Shown here piece after piece: positions 51,593 to 64,000 of a DNA stretch of 64,000 nucleotides. The position numbers were made by a program, and so were the translations under genes. Each line of letters starts with the position of its first letter. Position 1 is the first letter of the stretch. The stretch comes from Camelus dromedarius (lineage: Eukaryota). Under the pieces are notes generated by a model. It worked only from the letters and a program-made list of their open reading frames with translations, did not search any database and was not told the DNA's origin. Location of the stretch: positions 13,888,001 through 13,952,000 of the forward strand of contig NC_087436.1 of assembly GCF_036321535.1 (NCBI RefSeq). Direction: 5' to 3'.

Positions 51593-51740
51593 GGGGGAGG
51601 GTATAGCTCAAGAGGTAGAGCGCATGCTTAGCATGTAAGAAGCCCTGGGTTCAATCCCCAGTACCTCCTCTAAAAATAAATAAACCTAGTTACCTCCCCA
51701 ATAAATACAATAATAAATAAAATACTTTTTAACAAAAGAA
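51593..51740 (+). mobile_element. Vic-1-like SINE
   Basis: 16-bp TSD agaaaagccacatgta/agaaaagccagatgca. Confidence 0.9.
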
Positions 51741-51816
51741 AGAAAAGCCAGATGCAATGTCTTTGTACAAAAGGTGTGAATGGGAAGAGGGAGAAGGGAT
51801 GGGAGGGACTCAGGAG

Positions 51817-51972
51817 GTTTTTTAAAATTTTTTTGGGGGGGGGTTGTTTTTGTAGGGGGGTAATTAGGTTTATTTTATTTATTTGTTTATTTTAATGCAG
51901 GTACTGGGGATTGAACCCAGGACCTTGTGTGTGCCGAGCATGTGTTCTACCACTGAGCTGTAACTCAGCCCC
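51817..51972 (-). mobile_element. Vic-1-like SINE
   Basis: Reverse-complement head, T-rich tail, flanking caggag direct repeats. Confidence 0.88.
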
Positions 51973-52649
51973 CAGGAGACCATCTACTTTAACTTCTGTC
52001 TCCAGGGAAGGATGTGCCCAAGCTTTCCATGGTTTCTCCTTCTTTCCAGGGTCAAATGTATGACAACTTCCCTAAATTGCTGGGTTTTACCATTTGGAAA
52101 CTGATTTTTAAGCCAAGCCTCCAGCTTGTCAATGGTATTTATGCCTGCTTCTCCTTCCTCTCTCCTTGGTAGAATAACTGTTTGCCATTCCCTTCTTTAT
52201 AAAAATCCTCACCTTTGGTAGTCAGTTCTTAAATTTTGCTTTGGGTTTTCTAAGTGCCAGAAGGGTGTGTGTGATGGAGTGTTAAGTGGTCAGGCTAACT
52301 GGCACTCAGCCCACAATCCCCCAGGACAGTCAGGATGAGCAGGGTCTCCTCTCTCCTCCTCCATCACCTTGCCAAGTCTCTTCTCTTTCTTTCCTTGGGG
52401 ACTACACAGAGAGGCTGCGTATTCCAGGAAAAAGCAGAGGGCAGCCGGGGCCCTAAGCTCTGGGAGTTGGGTAAGGTTAGTGAGAAGAGGGAAAAATTCA
52501 TTCTACCTCAGAACTGCAAAAGACACAGGCCTACATCAGAGTAAACCCCTTCGTACCCCGGGTGGATAAGCAGCATATTATTTAAATCTGTTGTTGATTC
52601 GAATAAATATTTACTTAAATTAACAAGTTTTTGAGAATAATAAGAAGCA

Positions 52650-53280
52650 GGGGCGGGGCAGGGGGTTATAACTCAGTGGTAGAGCATGTTTTTGCTTAGC
52701 ATGCATGAGTTCCTAGGTTCAATCCCCAGTACCTCCATTTAAAAATAAATAAATAAATAAAAATGAACATAAATACAAAACAGAAACTGACTCATAGACA
52801 TAGAATACCAACTTGTGGTTGCCAAGGGGGAGGGGGCTGGGAAGGGACAGACTGGGAGTTCAAAATTTGTAGACACTGACAGGCATATGTAGAATAGATA
52901 AACAAGGTTATGCTGTATAGCACAGGGAAACATATAGATGATCTTGTGGTAGCTCACAGTGGAAAAAAATGCGACAATGAATATATGTATGTTCATGTAT
53001 AACTGAAAAATCGTGCTCTATGCTGGAATTTGACACAACATTGTTAAATGACTATAACTCAATAAAAAAAGTTTTAAAAAAACACCACTTTCTACTTAAC
53101 TAGTCTATGTACACTGTGAGGTTGGATTATATTATTTGAATTTGAATAAACAAACTAAGTCAAACATAAATAAATAAATAAATAAATAAACCTGATTACC
53201 TCCCTCCTCCTGCAAAAAAAAAAAAAAAAAAAAAAAAAGCAGCAGCAAAAAAAACCACAAAACTACACAAATGAAAAAAG
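52650..53280 (+). mobile_element. Vic-1-like SINE interrupted by an L1 3' end (52762-53082) plus ~80 bp of unique sequence
   Basis: Head 52650-52738; SINE tail motif aaataaacctgattacctcc resumes at ~53166; TSD aagaagca at 52642 and 53281. Confidence 0.82.
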
Positions 53281-55049
53281 AAGAAGCATTTACTGGAAGA
53301 ACAGAAGCTATCTGAGAATATGAACATAGAACAGGGAAAAGTGGAAGAGGGCAGACAGACAAGCATGCAAAAAGCATCCTGAATGTCTCCTTCCGTGATG
53401 CTGTTTGAACATCCTGGCCTTCTTTTTCCTCAGTATTTGGTCTAATCTAAATCTCCAAATTCTAGAAGGACACCTGATCTGTTAAATTCAAACAATGTGC
53501 ACAATCATTATATTCAAAGAACTTTAATAGCCAAGCCCGTTATAATGCATATTCACACTAAAATCCTTATATAATTAATAAAGGGGCCCAGATGGCATCA
53601 GATTAAAAAACAAAAAAAAAAGCAATTACAGGTGTGTGCAAATTAGAATTTTGCCACAGTTGGAGGTAATTCAGTCACATTTTTTTAAAAGAAAAAAATT
53701 GGTAGTAAATAATTTGGTAGCAATTTTTTTGGTAAGTTTAAAAGTATTTCTCTCCTATACATCTCAACAATACATACAATTGTTTGGTTAAAGTCTTCAT
53801 TTTATCAGAGAAATAATGAAAAAAGGCACAAAGGAGTCTTAAAAACTAAGCTTAGTTAAATTTTTTAGAATTGTTACATATTTAGGATTTTTTTCCTACT
53901 TAATCAGGACAGATTAAAAAAAGTCATAAGTTTGGAGAAATTAATGTCTAAAGATATCCAAGTGAAGGACTTTTTTATTTTTCAGTAAGACAAAGAGTGA
54001 ATATTTTTTACTGTATTTCACAAGCAACAAAATCCACTAAGCTCTTGTTACCATGTAAATAAAAAAAAATTAAGTCATCACAGGGTTATAATATTAACCG
54101 TGGTAAAAACGTATATAGACTTCGTTGTCCGTTTTATGCTGCATCCCTATTTCTTGAAACAGCACATTCTATTAGAGAACATTTTCACAATCAGCCATGT
54201 TTTAACCTTTCCAATTCCAATCCCTTGTGTCTTTCTAGGAGAAAACTGCAAAGAAATACGTAGAGGTTGGGGAAAGGCCACCATTCACATCCCTGCAGCA
54301 GAAAGCTGCTTTCTTGTTCCACAGCACACAGGAAACTTCTCATTGTGTGCTTGCTCGGGAGGGGCGTGCATTATTTAACGCCACAGTGGGTCAGGGAACA
54401 GAGCTGGTAAAGCATCTCCCTGAAAATAGTGAAAGGCACTAGAAAAGAGGTTCACAGTAGGCAGAAATGAATCCTGATACTTGAGAAATCGACTTAAGAA
54501 TCTGGGCAAACAAACGGCTCTCCTTCCATATTCAAAGTAAAACAAGACTGAGAACAAAAAAACCTCTAATAATTGACTCAAGAGGAATAAAACTATTGTA
54601 AAATGGTCTAAGCCAAATAACCGAACTAATAATTTTTTAAATGCCTCATTCTGAATCTAGAAGTGTTCCTTAAAGCTCTGACACTGAAAGCATCTTTCCT
54701 TAAGACAGAAATATCATTTTACCTTTTGGTTCAGAAAGCCACTAATTAACATTCAATTTTTAGCTTAAATAGCCTTCCTACTTGTCTCCTATCCGCCCCC
54801 ACCCTTCATAAGGAATAATGACAGGGTGGGGCATCATTGTAGAAAAAGCTCTCCGACACAAAAATGATACCCACTGTTTCAGGAAGCAAACCTAAGGTCC
54901 AACCCAAGTTGGGTATTTTTTCTCCCCCTTCTGTGTAATGCTGCCACTGAACTCCACCCAGATTTGAGCCTACTTCAAAGGCAGAGGGAGAAAATGCCGG
55001 AAATAAAAAACCCCAAATGATCTCCTGCATATTTTCTGATCATCAATGG

Positions 55050-56330
55050 CATTCAGAATTCTGAGGGTCGAGTCATGCATTATGAATGAATGGGTTTCCA
55101 ATGGTAACTGGGAACCGTGGCACTCCACCCCAGGGTTCTCGAACAGAGGGCACGGTGGGGGAAGGGTCGAATCGCACATTCTCCACCCTGGGGTACCAAG
55201 GGAGGAGTCCTGCAAAATTTCATCCCCATCTTCGTACCCAAAAGGGAGACGCAGGGGGGAAAAATCTTATATTTAAAATAGACCGAGATACATATTAAAA
55301 TAAAGACTAGTAAAAATCAAAATCTCATCAGATCACATTAGAAACTGGATGAGAAAAATCTTGCATGACTTTCTTCCCAGTCTAGTTAATTTGATGCCTT
55401 TGTTTAAGCAAAGAATGGGTCTCCCTATATCTTATAGTTAGAGCATACAGCATCACCAAGAGAGAGACGAGTTGGGGGTTCGGGGGCAGAAAAGAGCAGG
55501 AGAAATTAGTTATTCACCTGGCATAAGACGAAGCAATTCGAACATTTAAGACCTACCCATTTCTGCAGACAGACTAATTAACGAGGCGAAGAATTAAATC
55601 CTCCCCAGCCTGGCGCTGCAGCCCCGCGGCAACCCCAAAGAACAATGCGCATTTCTGTTAACATCTCAAGTTTGGAAGCACCATGCAAAGAGACTGGTTA
55701 AAATTCCCTACCATGCAGAGCAGCCATCATCAGAAGCCCAGCATATCTTCTGCTCTATGGAGTGATGTGCCAGCTCATGAACAGAACAGAAGAAGAGAAA
55801 AACGGAGGAAATAAGAGAAGGCTCAGAAAAGTCGGCAGGAATGTTTCTGGGTCATTAACAAGTGGGAGACCCCATTCGGTATTCAAAGCAATCAATCTTT
55901 ATCTCACAGGACATCTTTTTCTCATTCAGCGTCTGTTGAAAAGACTGCAGCAAACCAAGCAAGGGATTATGGGATAGGGATGCAGCAGCGAGCTGCAATG
56001 AGATTCGTGGGTGGCTTGCTCTCCCCTCTGAGTCAGCAGTCAGCTGTTTCCACGCTCTCGTGCTGGGCCGCGAGGTCCACCACCAGGAGGGGACTGCACG
56101 GTTAACTGGAGGGAGAGGCAACCGGAGCCCACCTCCCCGCGCAACGCAGCCTGGACCCGCGAGGAGCTACAAATCGGAAAGAGGGCGTGCTGATCATCTA
56201 AAAGATGATGCAGTGAGAAAAGACTCCGGAAAGAAAATTAGGCATACGGGACCTCAGTCTGAAAAGTTCAAATTTAGAGGAGCGTTCTGGGGGAGAATGA
56301 GAGCGCACACGCACTTCCTTTAGTTAGGAA
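55050..56330 (-). promoter_or_regulatory. Candidate alternative promoter / non-coding first exon region
   Basis: Repeat-poor and CpG-enriched; minus-strand donors CAG|gtgaat (55518) and ATGG|gtaggt (~55556). Confidence 0.3.
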
Positions 56331-56347
56331 AAAAAAAAAGTGATGAT

Positions 56348-56463
56348 GAGAGGGAAGAGTGGTAGAGTGCATGCTTAGCATGAACCAGTTCTGAGTTCCT
56401 GGGTTCAATCCCCACTACCTCTATTAAAAATAAATACATAAATAAGCCTAATTACCCTCCCCC
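56348..56463 (+). mobile_element. Degenerate Vic-1-like SINE
   Basis: gtggtagagtgcatgcttagcatg...gggttcaatccc plus tail motif. Confidence 0.8.
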
Positions 56464-57029
56464 AAAAGAGCGATGATCTATTTCCTTAGACTGTCCAAGC
56501 TTGAAACACAAATGCAAACTTAAAAAAATGCAAAACAGCCCGGTTCAACAAGCCTCTGCTACCTTTTTTCCCTTCTTGGTATTTACCCAGAAAGGGCCTA
56601 TAAAATATAGGTCCTCAAAGTCAAATAATGCAAATGACATTTCCCTGCTTTTTGTGGTTCTAGTCATTCAGAGAAAACGCTTATAAGTCAACGTTTATTT
56701 GATTCAGGGAATGAACAGAACCTTTCGCTTTTCTGATGATGCAAAAGTTTTCAGTTAAAGGTTGAGAAACTTGTCGAACTTTATATATTTACATAATTTG
56801 ATTTCTTATCAAGTCATTCAACTGATTTTAAAAAGGTTTTAGTATGATAAAAATGATCAGCAAGCAGCCATATAAAAACAATTAGATCTTCACATTACAA
56901 AAAATACCTTAGAACAAAAAAATCTTACATATCAGAATAGAATTCACAATAATCCCCTTTTCTACAGTGGAGGCAGGGAACCGTATTGCATTCTATTCCT
57001 TGGCTAGTTACTAGTTTAAAAGTAGACAT

Positions 57030-57191
57030 GGGGGGGGAGGGTATAGCTCAGTGGTAGAGTGTGTGCCTAACATGCACAAGGTCCTGGGGTTCAATCCACA
57101 GTACCTCCATTAAATAAATGAATAAATACACCTAATTACCTCCCCACTACCAAAAATTTTTTTTAAAAGTAAAAAAAAAAAAAAAGACTCC
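57030..57191 (+). mobile_element. Vic-1-like SINE
   Basis: Head, tail, TSD tttaaaaa(a)gtagaca on both sides. Confidence 0.9.
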
Positions 57192-57469
57192 TTTAAAAAA
57201 GTAGACACTAATCATTTTTATTTAAATAATAAAACTGAATTTGCATATTTGATTACATTAATATTAATCACATTCTTACTGCACAGTCATTGCAGTGAGC
57301 CCTGTGAAGGAGCACTCAGCTCTGCCGAGGGGAGGGAGGTCCGAGAGAATCAAGTGAAATTGACAGACCCAGGAAATGCAGACATGCCAGTTCTGACATG
57401 CTATTCCAGGTGGTACACAGTTCTCCAAAGCCCAGGTTAACACTCTGCTTTAGAAGCTTTGCTTTGTTT

Positions 57470-57975
57470 TTTAACAGCTTTATTGAGAGAGAATTCACAT
57501 ACCATACAATTCACCCATTTAAAGTGTACAGTTTAATAGCTTTTAGTATATTCACAGATGTGGGCAACCATCACCACAGTCCATTTCAGAACATTGTCAT
57601 CACCTCAAAAAGCTGTATTCTTTAGGTATCCCCCCTACTTTCCTATCCCCCACAGTCCTAAGTAAGCACTAATCTACTTTCTGTCTTTGTAGACTTCCTA
57701 TTCTGGGCTGTTACGTGAAAGGAATCATATAATACGTCATCTCAGGTGTCTAGCTTATTTCACTTAGTGTAACATTGTCAAGGTTCATCCCTGTTGTAGC
57801 ATGTGTCAGTACTTCATTCTGTTATATGGTTGAAAAATATTCCATTGTATAGATATAACACATTGTGTTTATCCGTCTGTCAATTGATGAACATTTGGGT
57901 TGTTTCCACTTTTGGGCTATTCTGAATAATGCCGCTATAAACATTCATGTACATGCTGTTTGTGTGGACATGCGC
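57470..57975 (-). mobile_element. L1MB-like 3' end
   Basis: acagctttattgag...cacccatttaaagtgtaca...ttcacttagt...acatttgggttgtttccac antisense L1 3' UTR signature. Confidence 0.85.
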
Positions 57976-58671
57976 TGTTTTAGAAATTTACAATTTAATT
58001 AGAAACACAGTCAGGCAAATCCCACTCGACTTTACAATGTCCTCTTCCTAAGACAGGCCAGCGCAAAGGTGACTGACTTGCTATGACAGGAGTCACTTCT
58101 TCTCACTTGTGTTTCTGAGCCCATCCCATTGCCAAATTCATCGAAAGCTGGTCACTCCCCAGCACGTCTCTCTCCTGATCTCTCTCCTTCTGGTCCCCAA
58201 CTCAACTCAAACTGGGGCATACAACTGGAGCGAGTCTCTTTTCTTACGAAGATGGCAGAGAAGTGGGAGGGATCCTTAGTCTTGTTGCCGGGCTTGGAGT
58301 CGGAGAATGTTCACCTACTCACTCAGTCACTCATTCCAATGGACACGTACTGAATGTCTAGCGTGAGCCAGGCACGGTGCAGGCACTGAGGACACAGAGA
58401 AGAATCTAATGGTTTCTCAGCCCTCAGGAAGATCACAGTCGAGCGTGGGAGAGGGATTAGTAAGCGGGCAATTGCAACTAGAAGTGGTAAGTGCCTTGAC
58501 TGGTGGTAGTGGCTGTTGGTATAGAATGGCTCAGTTTCTTTCTGAGTTGGAGTTTGCTTGTATTGAAACCTCATGAAGCCAGACTGGGGCCACAAGAGCA
58601 AAGAGCCCAAGATCCCTGGGGCTGGTTCCCCGTACAATCTTGGAGCTGACTTCTAGGAGCTGTCCTGTCCC

Positions 58672-58744
58672 TCCCTTCCAGAAAATAAACATGAGGGATT
58701 AACTGTGTTTCCCTTCCAGAGAATAAACATGAGGGATTAACTGT
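58672..58744. repeat. Tandem duplication, 2 x 35 bp, period 38, one mismatch
   Basis: tcccttccaga(a/g)aataaacatgagggattaactgt at 58672 and 58710. Confidence 0.95.
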
Positions 58745-61459
58745 CATCACCCAGTTTGACTACGATGCACGCTGGGGAAGTATACAGAAAGGACATGTGC
58801 ATAAGAACTGGATATGTGCTAACTAAAGTGGGTTTGGCAGGATCCTGGGAGAGAGGGAAATCTGAAATTACTGACCATGTATTATGTGCCAGGTTCACTC
58901 CAAGCCCTTTATATACGGCCGATCTATCCCCAATCACAGGCATTTCTCCTAGAAAATAAACTCCTTAGGACATCATATAAGGCCATTTATGATCTGGCCT
59001 CTGCCTTCTTCATTTTTTTCCCACTTTCTGTTCTCCCCATTCACACTTTGGTTCCTCAGTCATGTCCCCATGCATTTTTGAGCATTGGTTCTCAACCAGG
59101 GAAGGGCACGAACCCCCTTGATGGAGTGGGAGGGTATGCATTTGGAAATGAGAAGGGGCATTTCTGGCTGTCACATTGATGGTGTGTTTGCAGGCTGTGG
59201 GCAGAGACACTTAGTGCCTGGAGGGAGGGATGCCAGCCAGCCTTCCTCCAATGCATGGGAGAGTCTCATGCAAATACGTGTCCCCACATATTGCCAAGAG
59301 CACCCACTTTGAGAAACACTGTTCTCTAGGCTCACATGCTATTTGTCCTGAGAGGAATGCTCATCCTCTCCGGACTCCTTCCCCTGATTAACTCCTTCAG
59401 ATCGTCCAGAACTCAGCAAAGACACCAGGCACTCTAGGAAGGATTCTCTGCGACGCCTCCAATCCCAGACCCTCCCACGCCTGTCTGGATTGGGTGTCAT
59501 CACCATATGCTTCCAGAATTCTTGCTGAAAAGGACTGACAGCTCCATGTTTTACCTCGAACTCCTCAGTCCCTATGCAGTGCCTGTCACATAATAAGTAG
59601 ATGAGGAATGATGGAAGGCCTTCTACAAATGGATGAGTGACATAACATGATGTATGGGTAAACACGCATCTCAGAACTGGAGAAGAGCCGGATGAGACAC
59701 CATTAGGGAAAGGCAATTCTTCACATCTGCTTGGTGGTTTAGAATGTAGAAAGCACCTTCATAATACAAAGCAAAGCAAACCCAGAGACAGAGCAGATGG
59801 TATTATTATTTTAGTGGAAACTGAGGTTATGGGACCAGCCCAGAGTGGAGCAGCCACTATGCAGTAGAGGTGACTTCAGGCTTTGTGACTGGCAGAGTTC
59901 CCCTTTCAATGGGCCACGATGCCCTTCAAGGATGGGCAAGAGCAGCGACAGCTACCAGACAATTCTGCAGTGGAACAAAGCCAGTTGATCAGGGAGGTGA
60001 CATGAGAATTCATCTCATTTCAGTGAGAGATGAATATAATCAACTAGGAAGAGACAGCCCGAAATCAGGAACCTATAAAGTCTGCCTAATGCAAGCGTCA
60101 TTTAGGTTTGTTTTTTTCCCTTTCTTTGCTTTCAAAGACCTCTATGAAAATTGTGCCTAAATGGTCTTCTGAAAGAAGATGGTAAGGAACAGTTACTTCC
60201 AGACTTCAATTCAGGTCTGAGTGATTGGAGAAGAGATATTGTTATGCTGGATTTCACTGGTCAGCATGCCGGGCGTGACCCCTCAGAACCAGCCTCTTCC
60301 CACCAGTCCAGACCCATTGTGATCAGTTTGGGTAAGTGGTTTGGGTTGGACCCCAAGAGGTTCCTTCCCCTCCACTGGCAGAGGTCCTGGGGAGAAACCC
60401 CTCCCCAACATTGGGGGTTAAGGGCCATTCTTCAGTGGCTTTGGGGAGGTCCTAGACCAAACAGAACTGTTTGAAAATAACAGTGATGAAACAGAAATGA
60501 CCTGCCCTTCAAGTGTCCTTAAGAAGAGAGATGGTCCAAGTTGGCCTTAACCTAGTGGGGTTATATGGATAAAAACAGATTAACCAGGGCACCAGCTGAC
60601 AAAGTTACAGCCCGAGAACTCACACCAGAACTGGCCTGGCCTTGGGGTTACCACTTAATATTAAACATTTCACAAATAATTATGTGCCAGGTGGTGTACC
60701 AGGCACTGATGACACAAAAATAAATAAGACATCAGTAGAACCTCTCAAAAATCACTCCTGGGGACAGAGTTGCCTGCTTCCAAGTCACAGGCATGTTGAC
60801 TGGGTGTCATGTGTCAAGATAGTCCTTCCCAGACAGGCAGAGTCTTGCAGTAAAGGTGACCCAGATCGAGCACTCTGACTCCCCATCTGGTATTCCCTCC
60901 AGATGCCTGTGTGTTTCTACAAGGTGCTGCCCCATATCCACGACATAATCCAGGTGTGGCTGCCCAGCACAGAAGACAGTGAGACCCATCCCTTCCCCTG
61001 ATCTCGGCCTTATCCTTTTATCATGACCTCTGTGTTCACCCTATCTTTCCTGGCACTTTTGTCATGTTGGATCATAGGGAACATATAACTACAATCTATG
61101 TCTAACAACTCCATCAAAAAAGGAATTCCAATTGGTCGGGTATCATTTATTCTCAAGGAACCCAGGATGCTTCCTTTTCTAGGTGCTTGGAAACCATCCC
61201 ATTAATATTCCTCTATAAAATTATGTTTGATAGAGTTTCTTTGCCTACAATTTGTGGCTGTGAGCTTTGTAAATAAAAAGTATACTTGCCTATCTCCAGT
61301 CTTTAAGAAATTCCCCTTTTCCCTAAGATCTCATAAAAATCCAGGTCTAGGATGTGGCTATCTGTGCTCTGCATCCTTTCAAAAACTTGGAATATCATTT
61401 GTTGAAGCCAGAGGACTTAAAATGTATGGAGAGCAACTGAATTTTCTATTTTTACCTAC

Positions 61460-61934
61460 TGTATTTGTTCCCTAGGGGTGCTAAAACAAAGTACCATAGA
61501 CTGGGATGAATTATAACAAAAAAGATTTATTCCCTCATGCTTTGGGGGGCTAGAAGTACAAAAATCAACGTATTGGCAGGGTCAAGCTCCCTCCAATGAT
61601 TCCAGGGGACGATCCTTCCTTATCTCTTCCGTTATCTTATAGCCCCAGCATTCCTTGGCTGGTAGGTACCTCACTCCAATCTCCACCCCTGCTGTTACAT
61701 GGCCACCTTCTCCCTGAACATACCTGTCTTCACGAGCCACTCCCTGCCCTGTCTCTGTTTTTCCTTCTCATAAGGACACCTGTCATTGGATGAGGGCCCA
61801 TCCCTATAGCATATAAGCTCATCTTAACTAGCTACATCTGCAAAGATCTTATTTCTAAATAAGGTCACATTCATAGGTACTGGGGTTTGGGACTTTCACA
61901 CCTCTTTTTGAAGGACATAATTTGACCCATAACA
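61460..61934 (-). mobile_element. MaLR LTR (MLT1C-like)
   Basis: TG...CA, aacaaagtacca...aaataaggtcacattc; 5-bp TSD cctac/tctac. Confidence 0.85.
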
Positions 61935-62749
61935 TCTACTGTGGGTAAAAGGCTAACGTGAGGCCTGGGCTGACCCAGGCCCACCTGAGAATGACCTGGC
62001 CTTCCTACAGCACTGGTCTCTCAAAAGCAAAGTTGAGAAAAATGGAGAATGCTCCATCTGCCTTGTTTATGATGTGCATTAGAGGAGCTGTCCGGTGCTT
62101 ACATAATTAGGATGGCATAAAAGATTGGCGGGAAAAAGGCTCTATGACTTGTATGTGTCAAGGTGAGTCCCACACACCTTGGCTTTCATCCTTCGTACAT
62201 ACCCGAAGTGGGTGAGGGGGAAAAGAAGCTTCTGGGCCTCCCAGTGAGATGCACGTGCTGTATCTCTTGCTTTGTATCCTTTGCCAGTGCTTACTAACCA
62301 TATTATTAAATTAAAGCCTCTTGGTGTCTTGGGAGTCTGACTGGCAGCTTGAACCCACGACCGCAGGTGTGCTGGCCTGCCCAGGTCTGAGTTCTTTCTT
62401 ATGAGGCTTCAGAAGCCCCTTCTCAGCCTGAAGATGTCCTTTACAGAGAAGACCCAAGCAAAACACAAGGTTCCGCGATCCCTCATACACCACACCGGAG
62501 CAGCATGCTACCCTCGCCTTATTCTTTGTCTTGCTCTCTGACAAAAATATCAAAAGCAAGCAAGCAAACAGCTCTTTTGTTTTGCCAGTGTTTGGCCTGG
62601 CTAATTTTAAGCTGACTGCCTGTCCGGAGTATACCCGGAAGGTAACTTCCCAGCCCTAACTCCGGATCCTCAGTTAGACTGATGTCCACACGGATGAGCA
62701 CATCAGTACCAGGTGTTGTTTTTTCTCTAAAGCAGTTTCACCGTCACAA

Positions 62750-63840
62750 TTTTCATCTGGACAATTAAATTCACGGCGGTGCCAAGTTCCTGCTTGCCTC
62801 AGCGGCTCACGGGGTTTAATTAATCAGTGCAGTGGTTCTGACTGCCAGGTTGGAATTTGGAGTCAGGGATTCTAGGCAGCAAATTTCCCTCGGTGACGGC
62901 CCTGCCGAGGCCAAGGATAAGGCTGAGGCCGAGGCCAGACCTGAGCTGGGCGGGGCAGAGCCGGGACCGACAGGCGCCGGGAGCCGGGAGGTGGCCGATG
63001 TGGGTGCGCCGCTAATAATGCCTGACTGGACGCGGACTTCCTCTTCCCCGCACTCCTTCCTCTCTGTCCCACGAAATGGATTATTTTTTAACCGACATGC
63101 AGTTCAGAGACAACCTTCAAAAAGTTCATGCTGTTGACAAAATAATTCTGCTTCTAGAACTCTAGTCTACGGTAACAATCACACACACGGGCCAACCTCC
63201 CGCAGCCCTGGCTTCCCAGACCAGCCGGAGCCCCGAGAGCATTCACCGGTCCCACCGCCCGCCTGGCGGTGGTTTCCATGGCAACAGACTCGTCCCCCAG
63301 GCAGCGTCCTCCACAGAGATGTCCGCGGCTCTGCTCACATTCTGAATCTTTTTCCCCCTACCCGGGGAGTTTTCTTTTCTGACCTTATTTCTCACCGGGA
63401 GACAGGACCACTGTATAAAATAACTGATTTAAGTGGTGGCGATGGCAGCGCCAGGGACGGGGAGGGGCGCAGAGGGAGAGTCAGGCCTTTTTATGCAGTG
63501 ACAGCAGTAAAGGCTGTGAGCTGGGGGATCGCCCAGACCTGCCCCCTCGGCTGATGTGGGTGCGCCCCCTGCGGCCCTTTCCATCCCCTGGGACTGCGGG
63601 TCTCCCGCCTTCCGGCCCGGCAGGTTTCCCTGTCTGAGCTCACGTGACCAAGGTGCCACAGAGTCAGGCTGGGACTTTCTCCCGTTAACATGCCTGAGTT
63701 TCCTGAAGACTTCTAGGGCTCGGTTCTTTTAACCCAGAGGGTGGTACTAAAGTCGGAGTCCAGGCATCTTGGCCGGGGGAGATAATCTGAGGATGGCGGA
63801 ACTTGACATCACCCGGAGGAGGCTGCCTCCCCCGTACCTG
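62750..63840. promoter_or_regulatory. CpG-rich candidate enhancer/promoter with RFX X-box, E-box, GC-box and CTCF-like motif
   Basis: GTTTCCATGGCAAC 63272-63285; TCACGTGAC 63640-63648; GGGCGGGG 62948-62955; CAGGGGGCGC on minus strand within 63560-63578. Confidence 0.55.
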
Positions 63841-64000
63841 TAATCAGGAGAGAGCATTTTCTTAAGCACCATATGTGGCATCACACCACACTGGTCACCT
63901 GGATTAGAATCATATTAGGAATCTCAGCAAGAAGTTGTAATTAAGGCACAGGCTCTGGAGACACATCTGTATTTGCTCTACATTCAGGCTGCTCATTGCC

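Noticed and set aside
58672..58744. CRISPR-like direct repeats
   Set aside because: Only two copies with a 3-nt gap, no spacers, no cas genes, mammalian intron.

Overview
Mammalian genomic DNA, very probably a camelid (alpaca/camel), judged from about 14 copies of a tRNA-Ala-derived Vic-1-type SINE. The window lies inside the TRIM2 gene (TRIM-NHL E3 ligase) on the minus strand. Ten consecutive coding exons, numbered 2-11 by analogy to human, were traced by hand with canonical GT-AG sites and consistent phases: 2133 nt, 711 codons covering RING, B-box, coiled coil, filamin and NHL repeats. The canonical first exon and the last exon lie outside the window. The introns hold L1 fragments, L2/MIR, solo LTRs, MLT1, DNA-transposon relics, a split U6 retrocopy and microsatellites. 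I see no CRISPR, prokaryotic or wholly new gene system. The most promising observations are candidate TRIM2 isoform modules: a proximal alternative first exon (MNRYSC), an intron-6 alternative-terminal-exon module that would delete the NHL domain, and an RBFOX-flanked 12-nt alternative donor. Also notable are inverted SINE pairs next to exons, a possible L1 3' transduction, and a CpG-rich element with a near-perfect RFX X-box. Repeat family names and orthologue comparisons are from memory and need RepeatMasker/BLAST confirmation.
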